This document shows positions 18,573-29,257 of a DNA stretch of 64,000 nucleotides, in pieces. The stretch is taken from the IMG/VR virus record IMGVR_UViG_3300027754_000039, positions 96,001 to 160,000 of that record. The stretch is one strand, 5' to 3'. The stretch's first letter is position 1. Every line of letters starts with the position of its first letter. The position numbers and the translations under genes are program-made. Below the pieces are notes generated by a model. That model was not told where the DNA came from and ran no database searches. It was given only the letters and a program-made list of their open reading frames with translations. Source of the DNA: a virus.

Positions 18573-18604
18573 TTAATATAGTATATTTATTTCAATATAC
18601 CAAA
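18573..18604 (-). promoter_or_regulatory. Host-sigma-type promoter TTTG-N20-TATATTAA (primase)
   Basis: Member of the repeat family, spacer exactly 20 nt. Confidence 0.65.
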
Positions 18605-18606
18605 TA

Positions 18607-19011
18607 TTATACTAACCAATCTTCCGGTATTATCTTGTCCGCAAATTTAAAGTTATACTTGATACACCAATCTGCATAAGTAGTCTTAGATGCTTTACTA
18701 ATTTTTGTTTTTGAATTTTGAAATAAAAAGCGAATATCTAACTCAGGATGTTGAGCTTTGATTAAGATATGTTTCTTTCGATCGTCAGTTAAAAATCTTC
18801 CTTTGGTTTCTACAAAAATACCATTAGGCAATTTGAAGTCAGGATGATATTTGTGTTTAGTCTCTGGTTTGACATATTCAATAATATGCTTTTCATAATC
18901 ACCGTCTATCCCTTTAGATTTAAGTGATTCGTCAATTTCCATTTCTAAGCCACTACGGAATCCGTACTTAGCCGCAACTGCTTTTTTACTATAAGGATTT
19001 CTTCTAGCCAT
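18607..19011 (-). CDS. T7 endonuclease I-like Holliday junction resolvase
   Basis: FRSGLE...YHPDF.LPNGIFVETKGRF...DRKKH...LDIRFLF. Confidence 0.9.
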   Translation of the reverse strand: MARRNPYSKKAVAAKYGFRSGLEMEIDESLKSKGIDGDYEKHIIEYVKPETKHKYHPDFKLPNGIFVETKGRFLTDDRKKHILIKAQHPELDIRFLFQNSKTKISKASKTTYADWCIKYNFKFADKIIPEDWLV

Positions 19012-19029
19012 AACTTTTATTTTATATAA

Positions 19030-20802
19030 TTATATGTCAAATCGAACTATTAAGTTCAAATCAACGTTGTCTCGTTTTTTAATTGGTGTTCCTAGTTTTC
19101 CTATCGCTACTAACTCTCCGAAAGATGTATATAGTCCAACGGTTGTAATGTAAGGAGCAAATTCACTATTAGAAGTAATTGGTTTTGGAACTTCTGACGA
19201 AGGATCATTGTCTAATCTAATCGTCGGATTAGAAGTAAAGTTAAATTCATCTTCTTTTAATTTACAAATATATTCATGCTCATAAAGAGTTACTGTTGAA
19301 TTATATTCTAAATAAAAATCATCTATATAAGCAGATTGAGTTACTGACGAAAGATAATTATAAACTCTATCACTGAATGGTCTATATTGTGAAGTACCAT
19401 ATTTAGGTCTAGGATCTGATAAAACAATCATTCCATGCTCATAAAATACATTACCTACGGCATTGGTATTAGTAACCATTAAATTTTCAGAGCCTGTATA
19501 TGATAATTGGGTAATTTCACTTTGGCTTAATCCTTTATTAAATATAAAAAATTCGTCGATGTCGCCAAACATTCCATTAACAGCTTTTCCGTCTTTATCA
19601 ATTCCTAAAGATCCAATAAAGATATCAGCTTCATTGTATATATTTCCTAAACTAGGAGTAAAGCCTACATCAGCTAAAGCTCCATTTATATACAATTCAA
19701 ATCTAGAACCTGTTTTATTTACTAATATATGTGCTGATGATGTAGTTGCTAAGTTTGATGAGATAGATACCGTTTCTGCACCTGTTGATTGATTTGCGAA
19801 TACCGTTTTCGTTACAATATTATACGTTATATCAAATGGATATTGAGAAATATTATAATTTATATCTCCAGTGTCATAAACTCCTGTTTTTGAATTAAAT
19901 ACAGTTCCCGTACCTGTCGTTCTTTTTGATAATAACGATACAATTCCAGAACCCGTAGTAGCCATATTAGCCCAAAATGAAACAGCATAATTTTGACTTT
20001 GTTTAAAATTAACATCTTCTCTATTTGGTAAACGAATATATCCTTCTCCTGCAAATGTAGCAGCGTTACCCCATTTAGTAGCTCCGATAGTAAGTAAAGG
20101 ATTAGGTGTTATGCTAACATTTTTACTATTAACTAAATACTCAGGTATTAAAGTGTCTACGTAAATATTATTAATTTCATTTCTAGTATTTAATTCGGTA
20201 GATAATAATGATCCCGTGTTATATACGGTGTCTAAATAAGTTCTGGAATATGTAGATGAATTAAACCCTAAGTATAATATTTCTCCTGACACGGAAGCAC
20301 TTAATGCAGAATCAATTAAATTTCCTTTACCGTCATCATACAATGACATTGTAACAGTATTTAATTGAGTATTTTTAAAACGCAATTTAACAGTACCTGG
20401 TTTGATAGTTTCTCCAAACTTTTTTTGCGGAATAGATATAACTGAAGCTTCATTAAATATAGTTCTTTCAATAGCCTGTGGGTCTGCATATCCAAATGTT
20501 TCAAAAGGCTGACCTGCTCTCTTATAATATAAATGATTTAAGCTATACCAAATCATTGAAGCTTCTTTATTATTAGCTATATTAACTAATAGTGAAGAAG
20601 AATCTAATTGTCGTTGCCAAGTATCTAATGTAACTTTATTTCCGGAATATAATGCTGGATTAGGTTTGATTGCTACTAATCGATCAATGTTATCACTATC
20701 TAAACTAGATGTAGTATCATACCTCCAAGATTTATAAACCTTGAATGGCGTGATAGTCTTATCCTGACCGTCAATTCTTTTAAATACTCCTGGTTTCCCC
20801 AT
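19030..20802 (-). CDS. Structural protein with LamG/concanavalin-A domain
   Basis: AVSFW...HILV..G..FELYING...GDIDEFFIFNKGLSQSEI. Start revised to MGKPG, downstream of the late motif. Confidence 0.8.
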   Translation of the reverse strand: MGKPGVFKRIDGQDKTITPFKVYKSWRYDTTSSLDSDNIDRLVAIKPNPALYSGNKVTLDTWQRQLDSSSLLVNIANNKEASMIWYSLNHLYYKRAGQPFETFGYADPQAIERTIFNEASVISIPQKKFGETIKPGTVKLRFKNTQLNTVTMSLYDDGKGNLIDSALSASVSGEILYLGFNSSTYSRTYLDTVYNTGSLLSTELNTRNEINNIYVDTLIPEYLVNSKNVSITPNPLLTIGATKWGNAATFAGEGYIRLPNREDVNFKQSQNYAVSFWANMATTGSGIVSLLSKRTTGTGTVFNSKTGVYDTGDINYNISQYPFDITYNIVTKTVFANQSTGAETVSISSNLATTSSAHILVNKTGSRFELYINGALADVGFTPSLGNIYNEADIFIGSLGIDKDGKAVNGMFGDIDEFFIFNKGLSQSEITQLSYTGSENLMVTNTNAVGNVFYEHGMIVLSDPRPKYGTSQYRPFSDRVYNYLSSVTQSAYIDDFYLEYNSTVTLYEHEYICKLKEDEFNFTSNPTIRLDNDPSSEVPKPITSNSEFAPYITTVGLYTSFGELVAIGKLGTPIKKRDNVDLNLIVRFDI

Positions 20803-20868
20803 AATGTAAAAATGGCTCTTTAATATAAATATCAAAGAGCCAATTTAATAGGTTTATTTTAAGTACTA

Positions 20869-22143
20869 CTAAAAATCTAACTTAACTTTTATTAAAGCTT
20901 CGTTACTAAATGATTTTTGTATTGGTTTAGATAATTTTGCTACTGCTAACAATTCTTGACGATCGTTATACATACCAATTGATGTAATATACGTCTTAGG
21001 GTCTCCGATAAATGTTGGTTGCAAAAGCTCTCCTACTGAACCGGTAGTAAATGTTGGGTTATTTGAAAAATTATATTCACCATTTTTAACTCGAACAAAA
21101 AAGTGAGTCGAAGTTACTGTTTCTTCATTACGTGCTGAGAATGCTAAATTTGGTAGACTATTTCCAACCCCATAAGCCAATCCTCCTGAAATTGAAGTAA
21201 ATAATTTCCAAGCATTATCTCCAGCTATATTTGAACCTGTTACTGTATTAAATGACATTGAAGTGTCTAACGCTAATCCATTTAAAATTAAAATACCCAT
21301 ATCAGGATAAGCTAATCCATAATATTTAGGATCGGTTGAGTTAAAAACTCCTCCGGTAATAGATCCAGATACAACATTAAATACTCTACCTCCGGTAGAT
21401 AAATTTGTTTCTTGAGTTTGACCTGAATCATCTATTAATGAAATAAAATTGGTATTTAACGGTTTTACATTTGATCCAGTATGAGTATTATTAGTAAATC
21501 CTGAACCACTTAAATTAGTTAAAGTTAATTGCCAGTTACCTGGGTCTAATTTATCTTTAATTCTTGCGCGATTGAAATTCAAAGCATATATTGAATCTGA
21601 AGATTGACTACCACCAAAGGTAAATGTCGTGTCTCCTGGATTTAATAATAGCAAACGATATTGAGAATATACTGCTCTTGCCGGAGAATCATTTAATGTT
21701 CCAGCAGCTGAAGATCCTGAACCTAATCTATGACCATGAGCTACTGCAAATTGAACTTCTGAAGTTGAAAGAGCAGGATTGGCATTTAACATATCATAAT
21801 AATATGTTTTAGATGCTGTAGATTGAGCTGAGCTAGAATAAGCTAATGACATTGTAGCTGCATTACCAGTAAATAAACCAGTCGTTACAAATGTTTTTTG
21901 ATTTTCAATGATATCAGATGCAACGTCAAAGCGAGTAAATACTCTTCCACTTGAAGCTACTTGAGATTGTCTAGCTACTTGTGCTACCATTTCAGCTGCA
22001 ATAGCACGAGCTCGAGTTTCAATTTCGTTCACTAAATTAGCGTTTGAATTTGGTAATGTAACTGCTTGTATATTTGCAGCTGCAGCTGCTCTAGGTGCTG
22101 CCGCTAAATTATTTACCACTAATGGTGTTCTAATTACTCCCAT
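20869..22143 (-). CDS. Structural protein (C-terminus paralogous to the 19030 gene)
   Basis: Shared FNFS/TSNPT...YIT.IG.Y...EL.A..KL..PI.K motif. Confidence 0.75.
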   Translation of the reverse strand: MGVIRTPLVVNNLAAAPRAAAAANIQAVTLPNSNANLVNEIETRARAIAAEMVAQVARQSQVASSGRVFTRFDVASDIIENQKTFVTTGLFTGNAATMSLAYSSSAQSTASKTYYYDMLNANPALSTSEVQFAVAHGHRLGSGSSAAGTLNDSPARAVYSQYRLLLLNPGDTTFTFGGSQSSDSIYALNFNRARIKDKLDPGNWQLTLTNLSGSGFTNNTHTGSNVKPLNTNFISLIDDSGQTQETNLSTGGRVFNVVSGSITGGVFNSTDPKYYGLAYPDMGILILNGLALDTSMSFNTVTGSNIAGDNAWKLFTSISGGLAYGVGNSLPNLAFSARNEETVTSTHFFVRVKNGEYNFSNNPTFTTGSVGELLQPTFIGDPKTYITSIGMYNDRQELLAVAKLSKPIQKSFSNEALIKVKLDF

Positions 22144-22156
22144 GTTATTTTTTTAA

Positions 22157-22834
22157 TTATTGTGCGTTAGTTATTGAAGTATTTGAAGCTGTCGCTAATT
22201 GTACTTTTTTAACAGTTAAATTAACAGTTACTCTACCACCAGTTTCATTTCCTATAATAGTGATAGTAGCTACAGAGTCTGCAACTAATTGCTGCTTAGC
22301 AATGATATTAAAGCTAAATCCAACTGCTGATACAGTTTGAGCTGATTCAGAATCTCCAATAAATCTTGGTACTGTAGGACTAACACCTGCATTAACAGGT
22401 TGCACTACTTGAAGTGTTGCTGTGTCTGAATTAGATAAAATTGCAGTGTATCCTAATGTAGCATTTCCAGAAGTAAAGTTTGTCGTTGTCGGATTAATAG
22501 TCGACTGTTGACCTGGAGATGTTAGCGTTATTGAAGATTGACCAACTTGAATAACTGGTATTCTTGCTGTTTTCTTTGGCAATGTTACTAATTTGTAACG
22601 CATTACATTTGATTCATCTGCACTAGCTTCTACTAATGGCATATTCTCAATGATAATGCCATAATAATCAGACCCTAATGGGTGTGCAGGGTTCCACAAA
22701 TCATAATCAATCTCATCATCTGCTACTGCAAATTGAGTGATTTTAAATTCATCTTTTCCGCGAGCTAGCAATTCTCTTCCTTTTTTAGTAAGAATTGCGT
22801 CAACGGTTATTGTACTATTATTTAAGTATCCCAT
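22157..22834 (-). CDS. Conserved structural protein
   Basis: MGYLNNSTITVDAILTKKGRELLA...ITQFAVADDEIDY; late motif upstream. Confidence 0.7.
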   Translation of the reverse strand: MGYLNNSTITVDAILTKKGRELLARGKDEFKITQFAVADDEIDYDLWNPAHPLGSDYYGIIIENMPLVEASADESNVMRYKLVTLPKKTARIPVIQVGQSSITLTSPGQQSTINPTTTNFTSGNATLGYTAILSNSDTATLQVVQPVNAGVSPTVPRFIGDSESAQTVSAVGFSFNIIAKQQLVADSVATITIIGNETGGRVTVNLTVKKVQLATASNTSITNAQ

Positions 22835-22899
22835 CTTGTTTATACCTTTTTAATAAATATAGACTATTGAAAAATTCAGATTTATATTTAAGAATCATT

Positions 22900-25800
22900 T
22901 TATCCAATCCTGGAGTTTGTAGATCTACCTGATGTTGCTCTGTCTATTGTTGTTAATTGATTATTTGCAAACACTACTTGATTTGGATTTACTTGCGTCA
23001 CTTTAACTACAGGTCCTCCGTCGACAGTTTGTCTTGAATTTGCGTTAACTGCCGATCCTACCAATTTAGAACCGTTTAATCTAGCATTTGCATATCCAGT
23101 TCCTTGAAATTTATTTCCTAAACTAGCAGTTACCGGATATGGAATTAATGAACTACTATATGAAGTTACAGATTCGTATATATAAATGTCGGCAATTTCT
23201 ACGTCTTTGATAGAGGTAATTTTATTTTTTAGTGTAAATTTAGGTCCGGTTAATGTAACCGCGTTTGTGGTTTGATATGTTCCCACGCCATTAATAGGTA
23301 TATTTGCTACTATTGAAGTAGTAGCAAAATCTATCACATCTATACTTACCGGGTTACCTGCAAATGAAGTTACTTCAAAATAACAATACAGTGATCCTGT
23401 ATACGTGGCTGGCATTGTAAAAGTTACTTTATCTCCTGGCATTAAATAAGCTACCGTAGCATCATACAATCGCTGTACCAAGGCAACGCTACTGCTAACA
23501 TTTGTATATGAAGAAGTAAATGAATATTGTCCAAACGGTCTTTGATCGTATATAGTAGTTTGAATAGGCTTATAAGATCCTGATTCTGTTATTTTATATT
23601 TATCTATGTATCTATGCTGAACCCATGAAGTTCCTAGCTTATCAATGTCTGTGGTATTATTTTCAATAAGACCGGCATAAGATTGATATTCAGAAGTCAT
23701 CGCTAACGAGCTACTCATTACTCCTGTTAAATTAGGAAATATACTAGAGTCTGCAACGGTTATTGGTTGAGTAATTAATCCATTTAAGTTTTGATATACT
23801 CCAGAAGCTGATACGTCATTAACTGCATTTAAAGTTACATCGTGCTTTAAATTTTCAATTACAGGGTTGTTAATAAGTTTAACTTTACTTCTTTCTAAAA
23901 CATTTGGCTCTACAACTAATCCTACAATTGCATTTGCTCTTTTAGGAAGTAGCTGCTTAATATACTTAAATAAAGTAAAGTCATAAATTTGAAGAGCTCT
24001 GAAATACGCTTCAAAGTCATTTCTATTTTCATACTTCTTCCAGTAATTAATTGCAAAGTTATTTAGCTTTGTATAATTGTCATTTAAAATATCTCCTGGG
24101 TCTCCGATATAATCGTCAATTTCAAAATATCCTAATTGATTGAATATGTCTTCATTGATTGCAGTTTGAGGGGAGAAATAAACTCCTACTCTATTAGAGT
24201 CTAAAGAGTATCTGTCAAATGATGATTTCTCAATTCTTGTTTTAGTATTTAATCTTTTATTAACATCTAAACTAGCAGATTCAATTCTTACTTTGTTTGA
24301 ATATAAACTAGAAGCTCCTAACGAAGGAGATGGTGTGTAATATGTTTCTTCAAATCCTTCAAATACTATTGACCCTGAACTACTTCCAAATCCATTGAAG
24401 AAAAGTGAACCTGTATTAATAGTTTGATTAGGGTGAGTTGACGATTGATAAAATGAACCACTCTTTATTGTTTTATCTGATAAAGTAAATCTTTGCAATA
24501 AATGATCAAATGGCTTAGCAGCTTCTTCTCCGGTTGTTAATAAAGTTCTATCAACATTATAAGTGTATGTATTTGGGGATGCTGCATGCTCTTGAATAGT
24601 AGCGTTATTTAGCGACCCAGACCATAAACGAATTTCTTGAAAGTGACCATGAAACTTACCTAGAGAAGATATAGTAGTGCTATTAACAAATACTGGAGTT
24701 ATTGCTCTAGATCCTGACGCAAATGTTATAGTCGATTGCTTAAATGGATTAGGCGCTCCAATTACACTAGCAGATACATTATATATTGTATTGCCGTATA
24801 AAGATTTTACTACATTCAATGAAGAAGTTAAGTTGTTATTATTAATAACGACGCTAATCCAACTATTGTCAAATATTTCTAAATTAGATGCTGTAATAGC
24901 TTGACCAGTTATACCATTAAATAATGTAATAGTACCTTGATTATCATCATTGGTTTCTTTGTTAAGAATTAAATTATAAACATCGTCAATTGATCCACTT
25001 TTAATAGATAAAATGTTATAAGGAGTTCCTACACCATAGATATAGTTATTATCCGTTTTAAACCGGAATTCCAAGGTGTTAGCATAAACATAAGTCTTAG
25101 CACCATTTATGAATTGGCCGGCTGTTAAACTTAAGCTACCAGTTTGAGAAAGCCATGCATAATGGTATTTGTCATGCACATATTCAGGATAATGATTATT
25201 ATCAGTGAATGTGCTAGGACCGCCATATTCTTTAATCGTTAATACGGTAGAAGGTATTCCATAACAAGCCAATAAAGCTTTTATAGATCTAGAAGTACCC
25301 TTTGATTTTAATATATAAGGAAGATTGTTTACAATTCTTCTCCAAATTTCTTTAGTATTTTTTTCATCAGTAATCGTAGTAATATTATTAACGCCACTTT
25401 CCAACGCTACGCCATTTTCATCAACAGCTAAAGCATATTTCCAAAGCTCAGAAGTTGATTTGCCATTTAATAAATCAAATCCTAAAGATTTAGCAACATC
25501 GTACAGCAAATTATCTGGCATTCCATCTTTTGGATTTTCTTCTCGAGAATGTATTGACGTAAGTGCTTTAATATATGTCCATAATATATCAAAATGTTGC
25601 CCCATCATATTAATAAAGAGCAAATACTCTTCATTATCTGTAGATTCCTTTATATATAAAGGAACAGTTTCTATTAATTTATGAATATTATTATAATCAA
25701 AAATTTCAGCAATCTCTAATAAATCATTATAATATATCTGCCCGGTGTTAGAAGTTGAAGAAACTTGAGTTGCAAAATATCCATAAGGGTCAGGTGCAGC

Positions 25801-27075
25801 TCCTAGTGTCCATTGAGTAGCTGCCGTACTCCACATCGTAAAAGCTTCGTTCCATTTCAATGCAGTCGGAGTTGTCTTTGGCCATGGATTAACTATTCTA
25901 GGAGTATATGACCCCGTAGTTTCATTAACGTGTGTATATAAAGCACTTCCCGTTGATTCGAAAAATAAATATTTTTCAAAATCATCAAATCCACTAACTA
26001 CACGATTTCGTTTAATGTAAATATCAGCTAAATTAATTTGAGTTATATCTCCTCCATTAACTTGAGATATAGTTTGAACTTGAGCTGAATAATATTCAAT
26101 TAATTCTAATTTATACTTGAAGTTTTTAACTCGTTCAACGGCAGAGCCATAATGAATAAAACTATCAAATATTCTATGATTGGTATTTAATTTTATTCCT
26201 GCTAATGAACCGGAAAAGTAATTGTCGATTAATTGCTGCGATGTTTGTACATTTTCAGTAAGTAAATTATTCCAATTTTTAAAGCTAGTAGCTACCGAAC
26301 CTCCATCAAATTCTTCTAATTCAAAATTAGGACCAGCTAATGCTGTAACTGGATCTGGAATATGCTGTGGTATAATCGATACCGTATCTAATACTGATTC
26401 AATTATTTCTTCTGAAACCCATAATCTAGATTTCTCTCCATACTTAGCTGGTAATGGGGCATACAATCTAACAATAATTTCAGGCGTTGGCCCAAAAGTA
26501 TCAAATCGCATATTAATTATTTGATACGTTTCATTAAAACCAAAGTTTAATAAAAATGAATCAAATACATCGTCATTGGTTAGTAAATCATTCCAACGAT
26601 TACGAAAAGAATTTAATTGATCACGTAAAGTGATGCTTTCATTATCAGATAATTGAATTCTTAATTCTCGTCTAGACGGAGAAATTTCTTTAATCCAAAG
26701 CTTTTGACCTTTATAAGAGCCTAATAAATTATTAAATAAATTGTATACTACTTTATATTGACCTCTATGTATTCCTAAGCCATCTAATTCAGTATTAGTA
26801 TCAACTGATAAATGTTGGTATGTTAATGAACTAGTACCGTTAAAATCAACGCTATAATGAGTATCGTGATTACCTGTTAAATAAACACCGTCTGGAGTAT
26901 ATACATGTAATTCTAAATCCGCAGTTGAATTAAGATTGGTCTCACCGGTTGATTTAAACTTAATAGCAAACTTTCTAGTATCTAAAAGTTCTTTATCAAC
27001 AGACTCTAATCTAGATACCTTTATAGTATTAGTTGAGTTTAATAAATCTTGCTGATTAGTATATACTGATAACAT
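22900..27075 (-). CDS. Large baseplate wedge-like protein
   Basis: 1391 aa; LPYILKSKGTSRSIKALLACYG resembles the gp7/P2-gpI-like baseplate motif. Confidence 0.65.
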   Translation of the reverse strand: MLSVYTNQQDLLNSTNTIKVSRLESVDKELLDTRKFAIKFKSTGETNLNSTADLELHVYTPDGVYLTGNHDTHYSVDFNGTSSLTYQHLSVDTNTELDGLGIHRGQYKVVYNLFNNLLGSYKGQKLWIKEISPSRRELRIQLSDNESITLRDQLNSFRNRWNDLLTNDDVFDSFLLNFGFNETYQIINMRFDTFGPTPEIIVRLYAPLPAKYGEKSRLWVSEEIIESVLDTVSIIPQHIPDPVTALAGPNFELEEFDGGSVATSFKNWNNLLTENVQTSQQLIDNYFSGSLAGIKLNTNHRIFDSFIHYGSAVERVKNFKYKLELIEYYSAQVQTISQVNGGDITQINLADIYIKRNRVVSGFDDFEKYLFFESTGSALYTHVNETTGSYTPRIVNPWPKTTPTALKWNEAFTMWSTAATQWTLGAAPDPYGYFATQVSSTSNTGQIYYNDLLEIAEIFDYNNIHKLIETVPLYIKESTDNEEYLLFINMMGQHFDILWTYIKALTSIHSREENPKDGMPDNLLYDVAKSLGFDLLNGKSTSELWKYALAVDENGVALESGVNNITTITDEKNTKEIWRRIVNNLPYILKSKGTSRSIKALLACYGIPSTVLTIKEYGGPSTFTDNNHYPEYVHDKYHYAWLSQTGSLSLTAGQFINGAKTYVYANTLEFRFKTDNNYIYGVGTPYNILSIKSGSIDDVYNLILNKETNDDNQGTITLFNGITGQAITASNLEIFDNSWISVVINNNNLTSSLNVVKSLYGNTIYNVSASVIGAPNPFKQSTITFASGSRAITPVFVNSTTISSLGKFHGHFQEIRLWSGSLNNATIQEHAASPNTYTYNVDRTLLTTGEEAAKPFDHLLQRFTLSDKTIKSGSFYQSSTHPNQTINTGSLFFNGFGSSSGSIVFEGFEETYYTPSPSLGASSLYSNKVRIESASLDVNKRLNTKTRIEKSSFDRYSLDSNRVGVYFSPQTAINEDIFNQLGYFEIDDYIGDPGDILNDNYTKLNNFAINYWKKYENRNDFEAYFRALQIYDFTLFKYIKQLLPKRANAIVGLVVEPNVLERSKVKLINNPVIENLKHDVTLNAVNDVSASGVYQNLNGLITQPITVADSSIFPNLTGVMSSSLAMTSEYQSYAGLIENNTTDIDKLGTSWVQHRYIDKYKITESGSYKPIQTTIYDQRPFGQYSFTSSYTNVSSSVALVQRLYDATVAYLMPGDKVTFTMPATYTGSLYCYFEVTSFAGNPVSIDVIDFATTSIVANIPINGVGTYQTTNAVTLTGPKFTLKNKITSIKDVEIADIYIYESVTSYSSSLIPYPVTASLGNKFQGTGYANARLNGSKLVGSAVNANSRQTVDGGPVVKVTQVNPNQVVFANNQLTTIDRATSGRSTNSRIG

Positions 27076-27114
27076 CCTTTAATATAAATATCTTAAATAG
27101 ATATTCTAGGTATC

Positions 27115-28128
27115 TTAAGTGCCATAGCTAGACCAAACAACATTTGACCCATCATATAAATTTAATATACCTGAGTCTGTTAATTGAATTCTTGCTTTTG
27201 ATGAAATGTTTCCAACAAACACTCCCCAAGTACGTTTGAACGGTGTAGATACGTTATTATAATCAACTCTAACTACTTCTAACAATCCATTACTTCCAGG
27301 AGTTATTTTTAATCCCATAAAGCGGCCCGGGCCATCTTGTTTGCCGTCATAGCCTCTGCCCCAAACTATAGATTCTTCGCCAAGCGCATTTCCATTATAA
27401 TCATAATTACCAGTGCGTATTATAAAATTACCATCTCCTTGCATTATACCTTTTGCCATTCTATTTCTAGATAATAGTATATTTCTAATACGATCTCCAT
27501 TAGCACCGGTTTGGTTAGAATATAATTCACTTCCAGCTACTAACGTATCACTAACGATATTATCTCTGCCCGGGTCAACTGCTAATGCTAATTGATCTCT
27601 TAATGAAGCTATTTGTGCATTTAACTCGTCTATCTGTGTAGTTAAAACTGCTTTATCTGCTCGATTACGCTGAGTACCTGATTCTAATGAAGCTACTTTA
27701 TTTTCTAAAAATGCTAGAGTTGAGTCTAAATCTTCCGTAAACTCCTGTATCACAGCATCAATTACTTGATTAAATTTGACATTGGATGTTTTTGAAACAT
27801 TTAAACTAATTAAAGTTTTTTGATTAGTTAAATCTTTATTTTTATCAATTAATACAGTTCCATTAGAACTTCTATCAAACGGTTTGTATAATAATGGATC
27901 TATTTGGTCAGGGTTTATTTGACCAGTAACGATTTTATCGGGATCAAATTCATGTAATTCATAAATCCTATCCGGTGCAGGTTTAGGTGCTTGTGCAGGT
28001 TTAGGTGCTTGTGCAGGTGGCACTTCAATTAATTGAAAAGACTCTACTAAAGATTTAGGTGCTTGTGCTGATACGACCTGCGCAGAATTGACAATTTGAT
28101 ATTCAGGAGTTTTTGAGATCGTTCCCAT
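27115..28128 (-). CDS. Structural protein: Pro/Ala linker, coiled coil, C-terminal bulb-type (B) lectin-like domain
   Basis: MQGDGNFII and LTDSGILNLYDGSNVVWSS resemble QxDxNxVxY B-lectin repeats. Confidence 0.55.
   Translation of the reverse strand: MGTISKTPEYQIVNSAQVVSAQAPKSLVESFQLIEVPPAQAPKPAQAPKPAPDRIYELHEFDPDKIVTGQINPDQIDPLLYKPFDRSSNGTVLIDKNKDLTNQKTLISLNVSKTSNVKFNQVIDAVIQEFTEDLDSTLAFLENKVASLESGTQRNRADKAVLTTQIDELNAQIASLRDQLALAVDPGRDNIVSDTLVAGSELYSNQTGANGDRIRNILLSRNRMAKGIMQGDGNFIIRTGNYDYNGNALGEESIVWGRGYDGKQDGPGRFMGLKITPGSNGLLEVVRVDYNNVSTPFKRTWGVFVGNISSKARIQLTDSGILNLYDGSNVVWSSYGT
27976..28018. repeat. 18-nt tandem repeat (2.4 copies) encoding QAPKPA; extra partial copy at 28054-28068
   Basis: TGCAGGTTTAGGTGCTTG x2 + TGCAGGT, read directly. 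Confidence 0.9.
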
Positions 28129-29246
28129 TATTTAATTATTTTAAATGTAAAGTCCGATGCATTGAAATATTCAGTTATGTCGGAAAATTCTGCTTTAATT
28201 TCAAATTTGTAATATCTTTCCGGATACAACATTGTCGTGTAAAAATCAAAATAAGCTCCTGATACATTAGTATTAACTTGCGTAAATGAACTATACGGTA
28301 TAACTATTTGATCGTTATGCGCGTCTTTGATTTGATAATATGAATTTCTAGGCAAAGCTTTTTGAGTAGCAAATGAAGAATTTTGTGCAAATGAAGGTCT
28401 AGGATATCTAGGTCGAGACCCTAATAATATTCTAGTTTTTTTGTCTTTTATCAATTCTCCTTTAAATGCTCTAGTATATAGTATTGGGCTGTCTTCGTAA
28501 GTTATTAAAGACATTGATCCTGTATTGTAAGTAATAGATCCTGTCCAACTAATATATAATTGAGGTTCAAATACTGTATTAGTATCTGAAGAGTAAAATT
28601 GAATTAGCGTTTCTGGATAATTACTAGATGATATAGCTGTATTATTAAATGTCAATACAACTCCATTATTAGTGTATACTTGATTATACCAATTTTGTAC
28701 AATATTAGTAATGTTGATATCAACAGTGTCTGTAGTTTTATATGCAAATGACTGACTTACTGTAGACCCCGTAATAAAAGTTCCGCCACCTGGATACGTT
28801 TTATCATTAAATACTATTTGAGAATTAGCTGCTAATGACGCAGACCATGTCGTAGTTCCGTAGCCGGCTGTCGACATCCAAGTAGCTCCGTCGGTAACTG
28901 CTGTGCTAGCAATTAAACCCACAGGCGATGCTGCATATCCTGAACCGTTTTCCCAGTTAACTGACACAGGTTTAGCTTCGACAGTATATGATTTAGGTAG
29001 CTGTGATTCTTGAACCGTATATAATTTTAAGCTAGCTGATACGCTAGTAATTGGTATACTATTTTCAGATAATATTGATGATAGGGCTGTTAAATCAAAC
29101 TTAATTAAAATTCTAGATTCTGTTAAATCTGCAGTTGTCACGTCTCCTTGTTTACGGAGTTCTAATATCTCATCTAATCCTGAATTTCTGTACGGATCTT
29201 TTTCGTATATTGTTGCGTCTTGTAATGCTGGTATTGACCAAATCAT
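28128..29246 (-). CDS. DNRLRE-like domain structural protein
   Basis: QDATIYE..P..NSG...SRILIKFDL...ASLKLY...FYSSD...PQLYISW. Confidence 0.65.
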   Translation of the reverse strand: MIWSIPALQDATIYEKDPYRNSGLDEILELRKQGDVTTADLTESRILIKFDLTALSSILSENSIPITSVSASLKLYTVQESQLPKSYTVEAKPVSVNWENGSGYAASPVGLIASTAVTDGATWMSTAGYGTTTWSASLAANSQIVFNDKTYPGGGTFITGSTVSQSFAYKTTDTVDINITNIVQNWYNQVYTNNGVVLTFNNTAISSSNYPETLIQFYSSDTNTVFEPQLYISWTGSITYNTGSMSLITYEDSPILYTRAFKGELIKDKKTRILLGSRPRYPRPSFAQNSSFATQKALPRNSYYQIKDAHNDQIVIPYSSFTQVNTNVSGAYFDFYTTMLYPERYYKFEIKAEFSDITEYFNASDFTFKIIK

Positions 29247-29257
29247 AGTTAATTATT

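Noticed and set aside
19860-21812. Nested minus-strand ORFs 19860..20054 and 21624..21812 (also 61320..61541)
   Set aside because: Out-of-frame ORFs wholly inside well-supported genes, with no independent signals.
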